A stretch of 38,721 nt of DNA from a virus (Duplodnaviria > Caudoviricetes): the IMG/VR virus record IMGVR_UViG_3300024331_000122, positions 1-38,721 of that record, one strand, 5' to 3'. Numbering within the stretch: the stretch's first letter is position 1; every line of letters starts with the position of its first letter. A model generated the notes under the pieces. That model worked only from the letters and a program-made list of their open reading frames with translations, had not been told where the DNA came from and ran no database searches. Position numbers and translations under genes: made by a program. Positions 35,196-38,721 of this stretch are shown in pieces.

Positions 35196-35417
35196 CTACT
35201 TCCCTTCGGACTCCGACGCGAAAATCGGCAACGTCCGCCGCGCCGCCTCGGCATGCACCGGACACGCGATTGGATGCCCGCCGTTCTCGCCGCAAACGCA
35301 CACCGGCTCTGCCACCTCGCCTGGCTCCTCCTCCGGACGCGGTCCGCCCACCTGCTCCGCCATGCTTTCCAGCACTCGCTGGCGTTGCTCCTCGGTCACC
35401 TCGTTAAAGCTTTTCAT
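35196..35417 (-). CDS. Small protein with CxC...CxxH motif
   Basis: GGAGG RBS, ATG 35417; CVCGENGGHPIACPVH. Confidence 0.6.
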   Translation of the reverse strand: MKSFNEVTEEQRQRVLESMAEQVGGPRPEEEPGEVAEPVCVCGENGGHPIACPVHAEAARRTLPIFASESEGK

Positions 35418-35625
35418 TCTTGCCCTCCTCCCACCGCTTGACCACTTCCCACGCCGACACGCCAAGCGCCGCGGCCCAGCGCTTGATCGTGTCCACGGTC
35501 GGATCCGTCTTGCCGCTTTCCACCCGTGAAATGTAGCACCGCATCAGGTCGCTGCGTCTCTCGACATCGCCCTGGCTCAAGTGCTGCTCCTCGCGAATCA
35601 GCCGCAACGCGGCGCCGATACTCAC
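35404..35625 (-). CDS. XRE-family HTH regulator
   Basis: IGAALRLIREEQHLSQGDVERRSDLMRCYISRVESGKTDPTV; GTG 35625 overlaps the parB-like stop. Confidence 0.85.
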   Translation of the reverse strand: MSIGAALRLIREEQHLSQGDVERRSDLMRCYISRVESGKTDPTVDTIKRWAAALGVSAWEVVKRWEEGKNEKL

Positions 35626-37112
35626 TACTTGCCGCCTTTCTTTTTCTTGTTTGCGTTCGCCGCGCCCTTCGCCTTGCCCTTCGGCTTCGCCGCCTCGCGC
35701 AGCGGCTTCTCGATCGCCGCGACGTTGACGCCCCACCGCTTGGCGCCCGCGTCCAGCTTCTTCCGTCCGCCATGCAAGTACTGAACATCGCCCACGTACG
35801 TCAGCACCACCATCAGCCGCGCGCGATCGTCGGGACTCAGCGCCGCCACGCGCTTCAGTTGATTCTCGCCGTGATTGTTCTTCCACTCCCAGCCCATCAG
35901 CTTGTAGATCTGCTCCGACGTGTCCCAGCTCCGGTTCTCCAGCCACGTCGCGAGCGCCGCCATGTTGTCCGCCGGCTTCGTTGCGTTCGCCTTCACCTTC
36001 GCCGCAATCGCCTCAACGATGGCGTAATTGATCGAGCGTTCCAGCTTCTGTTTCTTCGACTGCTCCCGCTGCTTCGCCTGCCACGAGTCCACCGCAGCCT
36101 TCGGCTTCTTCGTCGTCACGTACGCCACCTGGCCGGCCTTCGCCCCGTCGATGATCAGGCATTTCTTCACCGTCGGATCCGACTTCGCCGCCTTGGCTTC
36201 CATGAATCGCGCATCGCCGCCGCCGTACTCGCTGACGTAAACCACGCCCGTCTTCCCGCGATTCGAATGCTCCGTCGTTACCTGGATCAGCTCCGGCGCC
36301 GCGGCCAGCTTCTGTTTCACGTCCGCCTCGATTTTCCCGTTGAAGCAGGTCCGGTCCGTGCACGTATCGGTTTTCTTCACCTCCGGAAAGAGCAACGGCT
36401 GATTGCCCACCCGCTTCGGACACGCGTCGCACGATCCGACCGCCGGCACCAGCTTGTCATCCGACTTCGAAAACGCGGCCTTGTGCAGATCCAGCAGGAA
36501 CTCGCGCTCGATGTAGTTGCGCAGCTCGCCCACGCCGCGCTCCAACACCCAGCGGTCAATCGACTCCTGATCCTTCGGCTGCAGCCGGCAGATCTCCATC
36601 GCCTTCGCTTCAGTGATCGTTCCGTCAAAACACTTCGCGTCCATCTTCGGCGACAGCCCCACGCCCAAGCGCAGCAACCGCGCGACGCGCGACGGCTCGC
36701 GGCCCACGCGCTCCGCAATCTGTTCGGCCGTCATGTTGCGCGTGCGTGCCAGCTCGACGTATCCGCGCGCCTGTTCGAGAAAATGCACGTCCTTGCGTTG
36801 ATCGTTTTCCACGATCTGTGTCTCGAGTACTTCTTCGTCGCTCAGTTCCACCACGTCGACGTTGATCGTCTTCAGCTTCGCGGCCAGGTGCGCGCGCCAC
36901 CGCCGTTCGCCGGCGACAATCTCCAGTTGATCCATCCGCGGCCGAACGATCACGCGCTGGATTAGCCCCTTGGCTTTAATCGAGGCCGCCAGGTCCGCAT
37001 CGGCCTTCTTGTCGAATGTTTTCCGTGGATTGGTTTTCGACGCTACCACCAGGTCCACCGGCACGTTGTTGTGCGCCCCTACGCCATACGCCGCGATCGC
37101 GCTTTTGCTCAT
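35625..37112 (-). CDS. ParB/RepB/Spo0J-family protein with extended C-terminus
   Basis: NPRKTF, LAASIKAKGLIQ, IVAGERRWRA, ENDQRKD and a following HTH. Confidence 0.93.
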   Translation of the reverse strand: MSKSAIAAYGVGAHNNVPVDLVVASKTNPRKTFDKKADADLAASIKAKGLIQRVIVRPRMDQLEIVAGERRWRAHLAAKLKTINVDVVELSDEEVLETQIVENDQRKDVHFLEQARGYVELARTRNMTAEQIAERVGREPSRVARLLRLGVGLSPKMDAKCFDGTITEAKAMEICRLQPKDQESIDRWVLERGVGELRNYIEREFLLDLHKAAFSKSDDKLVPAVGSCDACPKRVGNQPLLFPEVKKTDTCTDRTCFNGKIEADVKQKLAAAPELIQVTTEHSNRGKTGVVYVSEYGGGDARFMEAKAAKSDPTVKKCLIIDGAKAGQVAYVTTKKPKAAVDSWQAKQREQSKKQKLERSINYAIVEAIAAKVKANATKPADNMAALATWLENRSWDTSEQIYKLMGWEWKNNHGENQLKRVAALSPDDRARLMVVLTYVGDVQYLHGGRKKLDAGAKRWGVNVAAIEKPLREAAKPKGKAKGAANANKKKKGGK

Positions 37113-37152
37113 TCACCACTCTCCTTGTGTTTTTTTCCCCCGCTCCCACTTC

Positions 37153-37335
37153 TCATTGCTTGCCTTCCAGATTGCAAACCGAGCAAGGCACCAGCCCGTG
37201 TGACGCCTCCGGATCCTCACAGCAGCAACTGTCTTCGTCGCACTGATCGACTACCCACCCGTCGCCGCCGCACTCGTAGCACTCCCGCTCCAAGTCTTCG
37301 GTTTCGTCCAGCAGTCCTTCAATCGGTGTGTCCAT
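37153..37335 (-). CDS. Small acidic Cys-rich protein (DnaJ-like CxxCxGxG)
   Basis: CYECGGDG...CCC...CSVC; TGATG coupling. Confidence 0.7.
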   Translation of the reverse strand: MDTPIEGLLDETEDLERECYECGGDGWVVDQCDEDSCCCEDPEASHGLVPCSVCNLEGKQ

Positions 37336-37769
37336 CACTGTTCGGTTTTCCTTCCACGCTCGGTAAAATAGCTCCCCACCGGCCACAGACCCTCGGCCAG
37401 CAGCGCGGCGCCCACCACTCGCCGGATCGTGTTCTCGTGTTGCCGGTAGCTCGCGTTCCCCAGGTTCAACGCAGCCTTCGCCTCGCGCACCGTGAAATCG
37501 TCCACAAACCGGTGATGGAACAATCGCGCCTCTACGCAGTCATCGCCGAAGGTTTTCCGCAGCGCCTTGCGTCCGACAATCGCAAAGTCCGCCGCGTACT
37601 CAGCCAGCCTGGCGCTGCGGTCCGGACGCCACAACGAACGGCAGCTCCCCGCCGGATCGATCACCCCAATCTTTGCTTCGAGGATCGCCTTGCATTCCAG
37701 AAACCGCGTATGGCAGTTATCGAAAACTTTCTCCGGCGACACTTCGAGTCCGGCGCCAATCTGGCTCAT
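37335..37769 (-). CDS. Putative late transcription regulator (sigma-region-4-like HTH)
   Basis: LFHHRFVDDFTVREAKAALNLGNASYRQHENTIRR HTH-like segment; located among delayed-early genes. Confidence 0.5.
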   Translation of the reverse strand: MSQIGAGLEVSPEKVFDNCHTRFLECKAILEAKIGVIDPAGSCRSLWRPDRSARLAEYAADFAIVGRKALRKTFGDDCVEARLFHHRFVDDFTVREAKAALNLGNASYRQHENTIRRVVGAALLAEGLWPVGSYFTERGRKTEQ

Positions 37770-38317
37770 GATCGCGCCTCATTTGAAGAAGGCGGAGTGA
37801 TCGCCGCTGGCGCAGCGGCTCCGCCCTCGACGCGACCAGCCGCGGAGCAAGCACCCTTTTGCGCCGCCGCGGCTGCATCCGGCTCATGCCGGAATCCCGA
37901 CACACGTTGAGCAAACGCCAATAGAACCGGGCAGTAGACGTGTAACTCTGGCTTGCGCAGGAGCGTATCAGCCCACGCCAAAATCTCCTCGTGCCCAGTC
38001 GCCACAATCACCAAGTGCCCCAAAATGCGTAATCCGGCGTGATGTTGAACCTGGTCGATCGTTGGTTTTTCGCCGGGCCGCTTTACTTCAATCCACAATG
38101 TGCCGCCACCTGGAAGCGCAACAATCAGATCCACCTGGCCCTTCGCCCGCTGCCGCGCTGCACTGTTCCGCGCCGCCCGCGCCGTCGCCAACGCGTCCCA
38201 CTTTTGCGAGCGATTCTCCACCACCATCGCGCCGGCGGCTTCCAGCAGATCCACAATCCGCTGCTGGATATCGCACTCCTTCTCCAGCCGCACCTTGGTT
38301 TGCGTTCGTCGCCTCAT
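37766..38317 (-). CDS. VRR-NUC / PD-(D/E)xK endonuclease (resolvase-like)
   Basis: EKECDIQ...GQVDLIV...LWIEVKRPGEKPTIDQ. Confidence 0.88.
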   Translation of the reverse strand: MRRRTQTKVRLEKECDIQQRIVDLLEAAGAMVVENRSQKWDALATARAARNSAARQRAKGQVDLIVALPGGGTLWIEVKRPGEKPTIDQVQHHAGLRILGHLVIVATGHEEILAWADTLLRKPELHVYCPVLLAFAQRVSGFRHEPDAAAAAQKGACSAAGRVEGGAAAPAAITPPSSNEARS

Positions 38318-38721
38318 GCTTCAACTGGCTCCGCGTTCACTTCCGGGCGCTGAATCAGTCCCGCGTCATAGTTGCGTACGAAGAACTCGGCGTCCTTCTT
38401 CCACTTGCGCGGGATCTCCGACTCGCAGGTTACGCCGAACGCCGCGGCCATCGGGCAGTTCGTCCACTCGTGGCACGCCCAGTGTTCCGGCTTCAACGCC
38501 TCTTCCAATCGCCCGCCGGCACTCAAAAGAGGAAGGAGCTTGGTTTCGCAGAATCCTTCCACGTCACGCGCGATCCGAGCCTTGATGTCCGCCAGTCGAA
38601 TCGTGCAGCCGCTCGCGTCGAGCGTCGTCGCCTGCGGCGCTTCGATCTTCTCCAACGCCGTGCAGCCGCGCGCGTCGAGCGTCGTCGCCTGCGGCGCTTC
38701 GATCTTCTCCAACGCCGTGCA
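38314..38721 (-). CDS. Leucine-rich-repeat-like protein, 5' end outside window
   Basis: 19-aa repeats CTALEKIEAPQATTLDA(R/S)G, then a HWACHEWTNCP domain; frame open to the window end. Confidence 0.8.
   Translation of the reverse strand, partial: CTALEKIEAPQATTLDARGCTALEKIEAPQATTLDASGCTIRLADIKARIARDVEGFCETKLLPLLSAGGRLEEALKPEHWACHEWTNCPMAAAFGVTCESEIPRKWKKDAEFFVRNYDAGLIQRPEVNAEPVEA
38602..38721. repeat. 57-bp tandem repeat (2 full copies + partial, truncated by window end)
   Basis: 38665-38721 and 38608-38664 differ at one base (CGC vs AGC codon). Confidence 0.95.

Larger units (their letters stand above)
1..38721. mobile_element. Temperate podovirus-like phage genome (partial), excised/circular form with intact attP
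   Basis: Terminase-portal-scaffold-capsid-tail-ejection gene order, cI/cro switch, integrase and endolysin; phage genes on both sides of the att core; no host genes seen. Confidence 0.95.

Noticed and set aside
33368-35407. 679-aa plus-strand ORF and other long antisense ORFs (e.g. 9985-11187, 12876-14432, 26611-27792, 35526-36965)
   Set aside because: Shadows of GC-rich minus-strand genes, with low-information translations and no motifs
38602-38721. CRISPR array or DGR template/variable repeat
   Set aside because: Units are contiguous, in-frame and spacer-less; no cas or reverse transcriptase gene in the window

Overview
The window is most of a GC-rich temperate, short-tailed (podovirus-like, P22/T7-style ejection proteins) phage genome in its excised, non-integrated form. 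Only three genes lie on the + strand: a cI-like HTH repressor, a small two-TM membrane protein and a tyrosine integrase. They are followed by a lambda-style attP, whose core is the 3' half of tRNA-Thr(CGT), flanked by IHF consensus boxes and repeated arm-type sites. Everything else reads on the - strand. At the left end is a cro/xis/small zinc-finger early operon that runs off the window. From the right end inward come an LRR-repeat protein, VRR-NUC nuclease, ParB-like protein, terminases, portal, scaffold, capsid, tail adaptor/tube/fibre, three ejection proteins (one a 1863-aa ParB+HEXXH polyvalent protein), a histidine phosphatase and an M15 endolysin. Replication genes are outside the window. 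The host is probably Acidobacteriota (inference). Two observations stand out. (1) The membrane protein between cI and int carries the peptide LPADFFER, matching a motif repeated four times in the giant ejection protein, which suggests superinfection exclusion by decoy mimicry. (2) Five fibre/decoration-like or lysis-region genes encode signal peptides cleaved before Gln, and all have even Cys counts, which suggests virion parts matured in the periplasm. The integrase also has Ser in place of its first catalytic Arg.
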